Assembly (NCBI RefSeq): GCF_001194135.2
Contig: NC_068989.1
Span: forward strand, 714,057-778,056
Reading direction: 5' to 3'
DNA length: 64,000 nucleotides
From: Octopus bimaculoides
Lineage: Eukaryota
Of this stretch, positions 1 to 14,100 are shown piece after piece. Positions within the stretch are counted from its first letter, which is position 1; every line of letters begins with the position of its first letter. A program made the position numbers and the translations under genes. Under the pieces are notes generated by a model that was given only the letters and a program-made list of their open reading frames with translations, made no database searches and had not been told where the DNA came from.

Positions 1-435
1 AGAGCATTGGATGAGGACAGGGGAGTTATTGTTTCATTTGGGTTGGAAAAGAGTTGTGTTGCTGCCAGGGCAGATGCGATTGAGCAGAGCCATGGCCAAG
101 TGACACGGTTTGAACCACAGATTTGTTTCACTTGTTATACTATCAAAGTCTCTGCCTAATGACTACATTGTTGCACACTCTGACATGTATAGAGTGCAGT
201 GTGACAGTCCTGGATATATTGCATTTTCTTCACTAACCAGTCTGTTTTAACATACCTGTAGATTTTGGTGATGGCTACAAAGATGGTATTTCAATGTGAT
301 GTAGTTGGAGGAAATTATTAAATCTGACAACTTAGAATCCATTAATATTAGTCCAGTTTTAGTCTCACTCATCATTACCATCATCATCATCACCATTTTA
401 TGTTCTCACATAAACTTGAGCTTCATCTCTTTTAA

Positions 436-577
436 GGAATGGTTGGTGTTAGGAAGGGCATCCAGTTATAGAAAACTATGCCAAATCAGACTGGAGTTTG
501 GTGCAGCCTTCCAGCTTGCCAGTCTTGGTCAAACTGTCCAACCCATACCAGCATGGACAACGGACATTAAATGATGA
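436..577 (+). mobile_element. SINE/RTE-tail repeat family A, (GAT)n tail
   Basis: tggttgg.gttaggaagggcatccag...catggacaacggacattaaatgatga. Confidence 0.8.
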
Positions 578-1908
578 CAAATCGTGTTATAACCCATTCT
601 GTTACTATCAGAATTTGATGCCTCTTTAGTTGCTTTTTATTTCTCTAGTGCATGTATCTTTTGTCCTTGTGTCAGTTTATCTGTGATACGATATCTATTC
701 ATGATATTATTATTACTAGTCATAGTTCATAGGAAATACCCATCTCCTGTCATAAATACCTGATTAACTGGTGCAGACCTACTTTACTGGATAGTATCAA
801 CTTAGTGACTATCTTTTCTCATAGCTCTGCTATTTTCCTTACATTCATATCCTCAGTGACTTCTTCAACTACATAGGCTGTCAACAGCTGGTTTGTCTGT
901 TGGGTCTATACAAGGAAAACATGCGACAATATGTCCCATTCCAAGAAGCACAACCTGTCTGATCTTGTCAACTATTGTCCTATTGCATTCATTTCTAAAA
1001 CCTCAAAAGTCATGTAGACAGCCATCGACAGCAACTTTCTCTGACAATTTGAATCTCTCTCTCTCTCTCTCTCTTTCTCTTTTATGATCACCATTATAGT
1101 TTTCATAAAACTAGATTTACTGGAAACTTGCTCTCCTGTGTCAATGGACTTCCACCTCAAAGAAACTTGGTGAAAGCATCGTTATTACCTTCAACATTAA
1201 CAAAGCTTCGAGCCAAGCCTGACATGCAAATCTCCTGTCAAAATTACCTGCCTGTAGTCTCCATCCATCTTTCATCTCTTGGATCATCAGCATCTTATCT
1301 GATCACACTTTCAGTGTTTACTGATACGGTTAGCTTCTGTATCCAACACTTTATAACTGTGGTGTGTTTCATGTTCGGTTCTGCCTCCACCCTCTTCCAT
1401 CAATAGCCTACATGTTGCCACCTCCAATAATGCCTTCATTCTTCTCTATCTTTTAGCACTCAAGTGTCATCCACAGACAACCAAATCTGCACTTAATCCA
1501 TAGATACACACCAACATTTAGCTTGCAACCTTTATGGTTTGGGTTCCAATTCCATTGATATTTGCTTAGTTCCTGTTGTCCTGGAGGTTGATTCCGTCAA
1601 TAAGCACCCACTTCTCTCTCTCTCTGCACACATTTTACTTTTATAGTATCAGTGTATTTTGTTGTAGTCAAACATGTTTCGTAATGATGTACTTGTTGAG
1701 AAGCTTGCTTCAAGTAAAACTGCATATTTTGAAATTCTTCTCCAGTTGAAGTTATTGTCAAAATAGACATGACCAATGCTGTGCAGCCTTCTCTTCCTGC
1801 ATTTCATGCCAGCCTATGTGAAGGTCAAAGTTTTCTTAAAATAGTTTATATTTCTGAGTATTTATTTATATTGACTGAAAGGTGAATATTTGTGTTTGTT
1901 GTATTCAG

Positions 1909-2024
1909 AGCAGCACAAAGGAAACATTGAAACCATAGTGACACAAACTGAACAAATGTTATACAGAAGAGGTTCTCAAACTGACAAATACCGGCATCCC
2001 TCTCCACCTCCAAAATATTTGTGA
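1909..2024 (+). CDS. Possible terminal coding exon of an unidentified upstream gene (QHKGNIETIVTQTEQMLYRRGSQTDKYRHPSPPPKYL*)
   Basis: Acceptor gtgtttgttgtattcag, then a 37-codon protein-like open frame to TGA (2022-2024). I do not recognise a homologue. Confidence 0.3.
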
Positions 2025-2149
2025 ATTGACTGTCCCTCCTTTCTCTTTATTAATGGTGTGACAAAATAGACTTTTGTCCAAATAATTCTTCTTCACTATT
2101 TGTATTTGATAAAGTAAAAAAAAAAAAAAAAATGGAAACCTTCCTGGTT

Positions 2150-2519
2150 GTGTGGGTAAGAAACTTGCTTAGCAACCCGGTAGTTTTGGGTACAGTCTCA
2201 CTGTCTTCTATTATAGCCCCAAGCTGATCAATGCCTTGTGAGTGAATTTGATATGTGAAAACTGTGTGGAAGCCCATTATATATACAAATGTGTATCTCG
2301 CTTTGCGTCTGTGTTTGTACTCCCCCACCCCACCATTTGGGAAGTATTGTTGGTTTGTTTATGTCGCAAAGACTTAGTGGTTTGGCTAAAGAGACTGATA
2401 GAATAAGTACCAGACACAACAGAATAAGTGCTGGGATTGATTTGTTCAACTAAAACTCTCCAAGGCTGTGCCTTAGCATGGCCACAGTCCAGTGACTGAA
2501 ACTAGTAAGATAAAAGATA
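2150..2519 (+). mobile_element. tRNA-derived SINE family B
   Basis: gtgtgggtaagaaacttgct... A/B-box-like head, caatgccttgtgagtga, gatagaataagtacc, tgactgaaac 3' end. Partial copies at about 15655-15902, 25435-25585 and 29572-29725. Confidence 0.7.
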
Positions 2520-3144
2520 TCTGTTCACTTTTCAACCCCCAGACACCTCCACCCTTACAGATCGAGCAGGACCACCGACCTGAAGGCAGTTGCGATTTGT
2601 CTGTTAAGACCCTTAGATTCCATGCCTTGCTTCCACACCTGAAATTTTTTCTCTAGGTCAGGTAGTGATTCAACTTTAAGAACAAGATCATCAGAGTAGA
2701 GGTGCTCTCAGGGGCAGCTGGTCTTGAATTCTTCCGTTTAGGTCTGGAGGACTAAGATAAACAAGAGGGGGCTGAGAGCTGAGCCTTGGTGAACTCCTAC
2801 CTGTGCACCATGAAACAGAATCTGAAGACATATTCAGACCCTGCCTGGGTTTAGGAATCATTAAAAAAGAATTTAACTGGAAATTAATAGTTTCTCTTAA
2901 CTTCCGCATTTCTCTGTGCCTNNNNNNNNNNTTTTATCTCTGTTTACAAAGTCTCTCTCTGTATATCCTTATCCTTAACCCTCTTCTTGTATAAGAAACT
3001 TGATTGTAGTATGGTCTCTTTGATTTATTGAGTACTGCTTGTTTTAGGCTAGACAAAATGTCTCCTCCCACATGCAGTATTGATTCCTAATTCAACTCAA
3101 TTGTTGCAGATCTCTAAGAATCCACTGATTTATTCAGTTCTCAA

Positions 3145-3187
<43 letters not shown>

Positions 3188-3785
3188 TCCCCACTCTCTT
3201 TCGTTCATTCACTCATTCTGTCTTTCTCTCTCCTATACCTCTTGTCATGTGTACCATCTCCTCCACCCCACCTTATGTTTTTGCTTTAGTTAAACATCTC
3301 CAATTGAAATACTTCCTCCTCCGCAAAATTATTATTCCCTCCTTTCAACCGCTACTTTCTGCGTTCTGGTACCTTTTCTAACCCCTTTCTCTGTAGACTA
3401 GTGCTTATCTGACTGCTGACTGATTTTATTGATTTTTCTGATAGCCATAACATTTGCTCTAGCAAAAGGAACAGTTTTTATTTTCCTCTTGACTGTTAAA
3501 TTTGGGTAAGAACACCATCTAACCATTATTATTGTTTGTTACTATAATATTAATTAATAACTGCCAAATGGTTGAGAAAACAAAACTGATTAACTCTTCA
3601 ATTTCTGAGTGTTTTGTTGCAGCTTGTGTGTGTGCTGCTACAATTTCCTTCCTATTTATGTTTAGGATTCCTTACTACAGTGTTTCATTCTATCTCACTT
3701 GTTTTTTCTTTTCTCTAGATTAATTTGCTTAATTAATAACTAATATGAACTTGTTTTATGTTTCTTCTTTCCAGACTGGTACACC

Positions 3786-3935
3786 ATGTCTGCCAAAGCA
3801 ATTTCTGAGGCAAAGGGGAAAGAGTTATTAAACCGCCATTTGAAAGATGAGGCTGTGAAGAACCGTGTCGTAACCATTACTGAGGATACTAACTGGGATG
3901 AAGTGGAACAGAATAACCGATGGCTTTTCACTGAG
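3786..3935 (+). CDS. ACLY: ACLY coding exon 1 ([11 protein letters not shown]...RWLFTE)
   Basis: ATG at 3786 follows an acceptor ttccag (3774); donor gtagac; 150 nt. Confidence 0.95.
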
Positions 3936-6900
3936 GTAGACTGTTGTTGATTTATGCAAATGTGTGTGTATGTGTTTATTGTAGGATTGTTTGTAAAAAA
4001 ATAAGAAAAAGGATCAGCCCTTTGCTGAAGGCCTCTCTGTATTGTATCATGTTGTTACCTTTCTTCCAAGTAGTTTGTTTATGTACAATCATTTCAAGGT
4101 TATGTCCTGTTTTTCAAGGTCAATCTTTTATTTATGAGATAATTCTATCTGAATTCTAATATTTCTTTAAACATAAATGTATTTATTATTGGTTACTTTA
4201 GGTAAAAAAATTGAATCACTTTGTCTCTCTTGAAATGAAATAATTTTAATAAGGTACACTATTGAATTTATGTGTATATCTATAGTTAACGGCTACCAGC
4301 ATATTTCAAGAAAAGACTGTTTTTAATTAGATTAAAAATAACTTTTATAGAAGTGTTTGAAAATTTCAAAGGAATTAAATTCTGTTTTCATGGTTTTTCT
4401 CCTCAATAACACAAAAAACAAAAAGGACAAATTATTGTATACTATAAGGATAGTTTTTTTTAATAAAAATGTTACTTTATAGATAATGCATTTTAAGATT
4501 TCTAAATAATTTATTTAAAATGTATGTCTATGTACACTGCAGCCGCTAGTTGCATGTCTTTTTTTGTCTTGTGAACATTAATTCAAATCAAGTTTTAGTC
4601 AAGACTATCTATTAAAAGTTTGATTTTTAAAAAATATTATTCATCTGTGGATTGACTGAATGCCAGTGCCCCAGCATGGCTCTGACCTTTGGGGCTGGAA
4701 ATACATATAGGCATAAAGGAATGTATAGGTAAAAAGCATTAATCTACATTTCAAATCATAAATTGACCAGTATATCTTTTGATCTATCCGAAACCTATTC
4801 TTTATTTAGGTCAGTGATTCTCAAACTAGTTTTTACCTATGGACCCCTTTTGATTCCTGTTTTACTGAAATGGACCCTCACAGCCATTTGATGTTTCAAA
4901 AAAAATCCTCTTATATTTTTATGATTAAATATTATTAGCAATTGTGTTTAAAAAAATGAAAATATTTTGAGTTTTGTAAAAGCTGAGCCAATTTATTGCA
5001 CTTAAATTTGAACAAAATCTTGTTTGGACCTCAAGGATCATATGGATCCTGGCTGAGAACCATTTCTTTAGATAATTTTCCGTTTTAATTGATTTTCAAC
5101 TTTACCTTGTTTGAACCTTGTGGTACTGCAGTGTTTAATCTTCACTTTCTTTTCTTCTCGGTGTTAATTCTTTTGGGAATAATTTCTATTTTTACTAGGT
5201 TGCCCACTCAGTTCAATTAATAATGGAAATATTCAAGAGTTCGGAGGGGGTTTAATAAACTATCTCTAATTTTATGTCGGAATGTATTATTGGCTTTGAT
5301 TTACTAAAATTTCATGCTAACCTTCCTGTTATGATAACATCTTGATAAGAGATTTTGAATTTAAATATAAACATTTTTTTAGCAGGAGGAGGAGGAGTCT
5401 TGGGTGGGTTGGTATTAAAGAGGTTAATCTTGGTTATGCTTGCTCTGTTCAGCTGGGTCAGCTGTTGACCTATCAGCAACCAATGAACTTGTTGCATTTT
5501 ATAGGATGTTTAATATAAATAACTATCAACTTGCTCACCTGACAAAAATTTTGTCTAACCAGTTTTTTTTTTCTTTCTTCTTGCTTTTCTTTTCAACCAT
5601 GTCTCTAAAATAATGTCTCCTCTCTATTACAGTTAATTAACTTCACTCTTTTTCTTAATTACCACCCCCACCTTTTCTCTGGACACCAGTAAATCTCTTG
5701 TTACTTCTTTCCTTCATTAGATCTTCTGCATTCCCTTTTCTCATTCTGTTTCTCCCTCTTCTCCCTACACTGCTCTGTCTTTGGTCCTTTTTTAAGTGTT
5801 TTTCACTTTCCTATTAAGTTAATCTTACATCCATTAGATAATCCTTCTATATTAATCCCTTTCCTCTCTCTCTCTCTCTCTCTCTCTCGTTATTTAGGTC
5901 TTTTCTACCTTCCATTGTGATGGTTTCTTTCCTCTCTCCCCCTTTCAACGTTTTTTTCCCACCCCTTTCCTTATAAACTCTCATCCTACTTCAAGCTCTC
6001 CTGCCTTTTTCACCTTCCTTAAGTCTAAACTCACTTTCTCTTCCCTTACCATAACGCCTCCCCTTTTCATCTTCCTTTGATTTTCCGCTTCCCCCTACTT
6101 TAAATCTTGTGTATTTTTTACTAGGTTTATTCCTTTTTGTTATTTTTTACACCCATGGTGTCCACTTTCCCCCTTATATATATATCTTACTAGCAGAAAT
6201 ACCCGGCGTTGCCCGGGTTAAAGAGAATAATGAAATCTAAAAATGCCGTCTAGACTACGCATCATCTTTATATATAGAGATGTATATACACACACGCACC
6301 CAAACACACGTATATATATGTATATCAATATAAATATATGAAAGTCAATGAAGTTTCGTAAAAGAAGGTGATCATGTACACACTTTCTTGCTGTTGTGAT
6401 TATAACACCTCGTTGTAAACAATGTTCCTTGTTTTCCCTTGTGGAGCATATACAAATAGGTTTTTTTTGCTGCCCACTCTTGAGCAGCCAACATACAGTT
6501 GTCCATGTGAGAAGCNNNNNNNNNNNNNNNNNNNNNNNNNNNNNNNNNNNNNNNNNNNNNNNNNNNNNNNNNNNNNNNNNNNNNNNNNNNNNNNNNNNNN
6601 NNNNNNNNNNNNNNNNNNNNNNNNNNNNNNNNNNNNNNNNNNNNNNNNNNNNNNNNNNNNNNNNNNNNNNNNNNNNNNNNNNNNNNNNNNNNNNNNNNNN
6701 NNNNNNNNNNNNNNNNNNNNNNNNNNNNNNNNNNNNNNNNNNNNNNNNNNNNNNNNNNNNNNNNNNNNNNNNNNNNNNNNNNNNNNNNNNNNNNNNNNNN
6801 NNNNNNNNNNNNNNNNNNNNNNNNNNNNNNNNNNNNNNNNNNNNNNNNNNNNNNNNNNNNNNNNNNNNNNNNNNNNNNNNNNNNNNNNNNNNNNNNNNNN

Positions 6901-9900
6901 NNNNNNNNNNNNNNNNNNNNNNNNNNNNNNNNNNNNNNNNNNNNNNNNNNNNNNNNNNNNNNNNNNNNNNNNNNNNNNNNNNNNNNNNNNNNNNNNNNNN
7001 NNNNNNNNNNNNNNNNNNNNNNNNNNNNNNNNNNNNNNNNNNNNNNNNNNNNNNNNNNNNNNNNNNNNNNNNNNNNNNNNNNNNNNNNNNNNNNNNNNNN
7101 NNNNNNNNNNNNNNNNNNNNNNNNNNNNNNNNNNNNNNNTCATTACAGTATCGAAATGGTGTACATATACATGTATATGTATACATATACATTTCTCTCT
7201 CTCTTTCTGTCTCTCTCTTTCTTTCTTTCTCTTTCTGTGAAAGTATCTGTCATTACAGTATCGAAATGTGATTGTTTCAGTTAGTGGAATAGTTTCATTT
7301 TTAAAGTGAAAGTATTTGACATGAGTGTTTTTGTTTCACTTTTGACACGTAATACTTAAATAGTGGAGATATTATGTTGCCGTGTGCTTGAACTCTGCAA
7401 GAAGTTAAAAAATTTTTTTGACTAAAACACAACTGGAACCCTAAGTAAGGCATGTGTAAAATTTGAATGAAATTGGTTGCGTAGTTCTCGAGTTTTAGGG
7501 ATTCACACAGACAGACAGACACACACATTCTCATTTTTATATATATAGATAACTTCTTGGATCTGGAGAAAAGGACAGTAGCCATGACTTTTACAGACAC
7601 CCTTCCCCACTAGATTAGTGGTGTGGCTGCCATTAATGTTCACCTTGAACCTTTCTAAGTCGATGTTAAATGGCATTAATAATAATATTGCAGACAGTTA
7701 CAGCTTTTCCCCAAATTACCTCTACTCTCCTCTTTTCTGTTCTTTCACTTAAAAAATATTCTATATCTGTATTGCGTATATAAGTGTGTGTATATACTCT
7801 TCTGTAACAGTCGGTATACAGGTATGTGCCTCTGTGTGTGTGTGCCTGTATGCCTTTCAGTGAGGGTGCATGTGTGTGTGTACTTGTAAATGAGAGAGTA
7901 TCATGTATAAGGGCATATGTCTGTGTGTATTTGTAGATGTATTCTTTTCTGGTACGACTAAGGGTTTATAAGTGTATGCAATCCTCTTTACTGGCCAGTT
8001 AATTCACTCATTGTAATTTCAGAGTACTCTACCAGTACTTTGTACTTAGATAGTTTTCTAGGTACTTGCTTTCTTTTGTTTGCTCTACTTGGTTTTTCCT
8101 TCTTTATTTAAACTTCATCTTTTTCTTTTGCCCTACTCTTTCTATCCCCCCACCCCTATTTCCAATTCTAACTCTCTACCTCACCCCCCCCCACTATTCC
8201 TTCACCACCTTTTCTTCTTCCCATTCTTCTGGTTTTTTTTCTTTCAACTTTAATTTCTTCATCATTTACCTGTCCACAGACCAACTTCAATTTCTCTCTC
8301 TTATAACAAATAAACGTATTGAACCCTTTCAAGAATTTCCTTAAATGTTGCCAAAGCCAAAGTGCTGTGGGAAGAAGAGCTATCCGCTTTTAAACAACTG
8401 CCTCTTCATGGGAAAGGAAAGAAATGTTTCATGTGAAAACTAAGAGAGAATATATTGAGACAGGATCAGGAGAAATGGGTTGGACAGGAAGTGGATATAG
8501 GCAGTGTATTAGAGAAAACGAAAAGGAATTAAGTCTGTTTCTTTGTCCTGTAGCTAGAGATTAGTAAATGCAGGCAAAAAAAATTGTGTAAATGGGGGAA
8601 ACTAATTGGCACTGGCATTGGGCATGGTTGATGCCAGTGGCGGCTGACTGGTCCTGTGCTGCTGACACATGAAAAGCACCATTTGAGTGTGGTCATTGCC
8701 AGTGCCACCTGACTGGCTCCTGTGCTGGTGGCACGTAAAAAGCACCATTCAAGCATGGTTGATGCCTGTACTGAATGACTGACCCTAATGCTGGCGGCAC
8801 GTAAAAGCACCTACTACACTCTCAGAGTGGTTGGCATTAGGAAGGGTANNNNNNNNNNACGTAAAAGCACCTACTACACTCTCAGAGTGGTTGGCATTAG
8901 GAAGGGTATCCAGCTGTAGAAACTTTGCCAGATCAGATTGGAGCCTGGTGCAGCCTTCTGGCTCGCCAGTCCTCAGTCAAACCGTCCAACCCATGCCAGC
9001 ATGGAAAGTGGGCATTAAACGATGATGATGATATATTGATTATGAAAGAAGGTGGCTGATAGAACTAGAACCTTTTGTAGTATTTAATTACTTTGTTTTG
9101 AGCTGAAATTCTGTAAGGATTAACTTTTCCATTCATTTGTTCAGAGATTGATAAAATAGATACCAGTCATGTTCTGGGGTTGAATTAATCAACTACAATT
9201 GACCTATTTGACCTGAAAATGTTCATCAGGTCATGGTGTTGAAATTTGATTTTTTTCACTAATTTCATTATTTCTGTTTATCATTTCAGAAACTGGTCGT
9301 TAAACCTGACCAACTGATTAAGAGACGTGGGAAGCTTGGCTTGATTAAAGCTGGTGTTGATTTGAATGGGGCGAAAGCATGGCTGTCAGAAAAGATTAAC
9401 CAAGAAATTGAGGTAGGTACATCTCCATTTTGAATTTTTGTATCAATAGACATCTTGATAATATTTCATTTGCTTTAGTTTGCTCAGTTGAAGGTAGGCA
9501 GCATTTACCTGATGGATTAGCAGAGGAAGATTCAAAGACCTGTTATAAGGAATATTAGAGCTCTAGTGCCATGGAAGTTTTAAAAATAATAAAATCACAA
9601 AATTGCAACATTTTGGGAAGGAAACAATCAACATGATTAAAGCCAAAAAAGATTATTGGAGTTGAGAGTTAAGATTTAGAATCATAGACTGGTAATTCAC
9701 TTAAAATGACATTAAAATGATGATGGGCTTCCATTCAGTTTCTGTCTGCCAATTCCCTTCAAAGGGCATTGATTGGTCAAAAGCGATATTAGAAGAGACT
9801 TGCCCTAAGTGATAAGCAATGTGATATAACCTGAAATGACACACACACACACTCCCCCCCCCCCTATATATGGTGCTGGAACCATGTAAAAGACACTGCT

Positions 9901-11023
9901 GCTGGTACCCTGTAAAAAGCACTAATTGCCAGTGTCACACAAAAGGCACTGATTGCCAGTGTCCTGTAGAAGGCACTTGGTAAAGTGGTTGGCATTAGGA
10001 AGGTCACCCAGCTGTAGAAACTTGGTGTGGCCCCTGACTGTCCAACATCTGCTTTCCATGTTTAGTAGGGGTGGAATATCTCTACAGTTCTTCATTGCCG
10101 TTTTTCTTAATACTGTGTCCCTTCAACATGTGAGGCCAATGACAAGTTTTTATCGTTGATAGAAAATGCCACATCATCCTCAGATTGCACCCTGCTGCTC
10201 TGGAACACATTGAAAGAACACTTGAAGCAATGTAATTCTTTTCCTTTTAATGGCTTAGTTAGGAGGAAGGGCTGCTCCTATGACATTTTCCCAGACCTCT
10301 GTTTCGTTATTAGTGGGATCAACATTAAATGTCCTCCATCCGGTGAGAGATAATTATAATATATATATGTATGCACGTGTCAACATCATCATCATCATTG
10401 TTTAACATCCACTTTCCATGCTGGCATGAGTTGGACAGTTTGACTGAGGACTGGCAAGCCAGGAGGCTGCACCAGGCTCCAATCTGATCTGGCAAAGTTT
10501 CTACAGCTGGATACCCTTTCTAATACCAACCACTCTGAGAGTGTAGTGGGTACTTTTACACGCCACTGGCACGAGGGCCAGTCAGGCGGTTCTAGCAACG
10601 TGTGTGTGTGTGTGTATGTATATATATATCTATCTAGTAAACGAAACTCAGCTTGTGAAGACTTATTGGGGCAAGCGAAAGCGAAATCGGGATGGCACCT
10701 GTGCCCAGCGTCGCCTTTCTGGCACTTGTGCCCGTGACATGTGTAAGAATTTTCAAGCGAGATCGTTGCCAGTGCTCCTGGACTGGCTCTTGTGCGGGTG
10801 GCACATAAAATACACCATTTTGAGCGTGGCCGTTGCCAGTACTGCATTATAATTCAGATTGCCTGAAACATGTATAATGTAGATAACTTTCTAGTTTCTT
10901 GTTTGAAAGCCTTTATTATGCAGATTGAGATGATGTGGAGACATTCTATATTGTTCTGAGTAAGCAGCAGAAAATAATTGGCATTCCTCTTTCATTGGAG
11001 ATATATTCATCAGCAAATATGTT

Positions 11024-11112
<89 letters not shown>

Positions 11113-14100
11113 ACATCATTGTCGTTATTATTTTTATATTTGTTTTCCATACTAACATAGAAAGCAAACAAAATTGAAAATATTAATCATCATGAATTTG
11201 TCTGTGTGTGCAGCTCCTGTGGTTAATCTGCAAAAATGTTTTGTTGGTTTTATTTTGTTTTTATGTTTTCTACGTAATTTTTCTGGTATTTTTCTTTTTG
11301 ATCACAAAGGAAAGTAGGAGCTCAGTCGTAGCCTGAATAATTGTTATTCAGTTATTGGGTTAGATCTTACAATCTTTCTCTCTTATTTTATCTGTGGGAA
11401 ATCCTGTAGCTGTTTCATTCTCCACTGTAACTACTCAGCCATGAAGTAGGAGTGGTGCTTTTATATGAAACACTTCAACTGAGATATGCAGTAAGTACTA
11501 CCTGGTCTCTTTTGAATTCAGGCATGCATCATAATTATGATCCATTCTGGATTATAATGAAGGAAAAACTGATTTTCGGAGGTAGACTTTCAGTCACCAA
11601 CACTCCAATCACAGGAACTCTAGTAGTTTGCTGTTAGCAAGTTCAGAGAGACAGAGGATAAGTCTGTGTGACTCCACTTTAGATCCTTCTTCCTTTTCTG
11701 TGTCATTTCTTGTGTCCTTCTTACCTTATTGTGTCACAATCGTAGCTGAACACTTATTAAGTTGGTGTTAACATATTTAATATCTAGAGCATTGAAAACC
11801 TTGTCATGTGGAAAGAAGTCAGCTGACGAGGAAAAAGAATGCTTGTCAATTATGAAAGTATTTCGTTATTTTGCCTCTCACCTGCCGGTGAGGATAAAGA
11901 ACCAGTCTAGTAATGAGCTTAATGGCTTAATGACTACCCACTGCCTCTCAAAATTGTTGGCCTTGTGCCTAAATTAGAAACCAGTTTTGCAAGTAAGGGG
12001 GGACAACTCAAGACATAGTCTGAACTTGTTTTGACCTTTTTCAGTGAAGAAAAAACCTCTTTGCTTACTGAAAAATCAAAAATAAGAAAATATACAAAAT
12101 AATATATTTATTTATTGATCTGGGTAGAAAAAAAAAAATCAATAATTCTGATTATTAGAGAAGAAATAATCATTCATTACTACTTGATTTCCATGGAATC
12201 TATAGTTTGCCAAAGGGAAGACCAATAAAACAATATTTATCGTTTTCTTCTTACTGTATATTTTTTCTAAATGCTTCATTAAATCATTTAACCTTATTCA
12301 GCTTTTCTCATCTCATAAGCTATGAAATCTAGAAGGACTTTGCATGTTGCTTTTTTTTACTTGTGGATAATAAATAAAACATGTGGTTGGCATTAGGAAG
12401 GGCATCCAGCCATAGAACCCATACAAAAGCTGACACTGGAATTTGGCATAACTCTGCAGCTTGCTAGATCCTGGCTAACCACCAACCCATGATAGCTTGC
12501 AAAACAGACATTTAAATGATGATGATATTCATATGGTTTGTAAATATAGTCACAGACTCTACTTGACCTTTTAAATGATACTTGTTAATATCCGGATTGT
12601 TTTAGTGTTGTGTAGTTGAGTGTATTGAAGAATCTCTTATCAAACACTAGCGGTAACACCTGTCGTTGATCGGGTAATTACGTTTACTGTTTCTTGTGAG
12701 TCACATTCAAAGTATTATTGTATATAGAGATTTACTCCTCCTGCATGTGTGTATTTTATAAGACAAAACATGTAATAATTGAAGTAGAAAAATGATCAAT
12801 GTCATACATGCAAAGTTATTGAAGCATTTATGTTGCATTTAGAGCGAATATTTCTTTATAAACAATGTTTTTTGTTTTATTTTGGGGTGCATAAAAGATT
12901 TGCTTTTGTCCCACATAAGGTTAGCCATGTGAAAAGCAGGGTTCTTCAAGTTGCAACCCAGAAACTTTAAGTGTTTGGCCCTGAGTGTTACTAATGCTCA
13001 TGGCAAAAGAAAGTGGGGTAGGAAACTGTAACCGCTTAAATTGGAATGGGACATTAAATGGTAAAACTGGTATGCGAGGAATGAAGACGGTCTCACCTTT
13101 ACCACAGCCAGTTAGGAATATTTGCCTCAGTGCAGTTCTTCATAAGTTTGTGCATAATTAGTGTTGTATCATTGCATAATTTTGGTTGAGACAAATTAGG
13201 CAATAGCATAATAGCTTCCTCTGAACCAGGTACTTTCATTTTGCCGGAGAAAGAAAGAGACAGAATTTTGATTTTTATATGTATAGAAAATGTATAATAC
13301 TTTCATTTTGCTGGACAAACAAACAAACAAACAGACAGACAGACAGAATCTCTTTATATATATATATATATAATGTATAAATTACTAACTGTCTTTGCTA
13401 TGTCAGTTCCTGTACAGCCTTGTCAAATTTGATATTTTATCAACAGCAACAGTGTTATATGAGGAACACATACATGAGTGTGTCTTGTATGTTTAACTAT
13501 ACATTTGTCCTGTATTTTGGGATCTTTATTACAAGGTGTTTTTGTTATTGACAATTGGTGTATTTATGCCATTGTTTCAGGCTAAATTTTCTGTTGTTGC
13601 CTTTGATCTTTTACCTCCAGAAGCCCTTTTTTTTTTGTCTTTCAACTGTATTATCAAGCATTTTAAATAATTTGAATCCTGTGTAAGTAATTAAAACACA
13701 TGCAATACTATGACAATATATTACCATAGCAACGACATCACATCTGGAAAGGAATTGGTTTATTTGATTTCATTGAGAATTGCTTATTACACCGTTTGCA
13801 ATGTTTGTTCCTGTATTGGTTGTCAAATCATAATCTTTATTAATAGTCTGGAATATCCTTGAAAGCTTGAGTCACTGATTCTACAGTTTGTTCCCTATTG
13901 ATATTTGTGTCATTGTTTATTTGATTTTCCTGAAATTAATATATCCTTGTCGTTCTTAAGTATCACAGCTGGGTTAGATCCCGCTTGAGATATAGGTCTA
14001 CCATTCCCTCTGCTTGATACCAAAATAGTCATCAAATGGATTAAGACATCTTTCTGAGTGAGGGATTATTTGATTAATCATAAGTATGCTGCTCAAATAT

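Noticed and set aside
6218-7271. Long ORFs of 247-324 aa in the track (also at 55265-56053)
   Set aside because: They consist mostly of X from N gaps. Only the Helitron helicase tail at 6400-6515 is real.
8800-8910. Duplicated SINE segment around a 10-N gap
   Set aside because: Same contig-overlap artefact.
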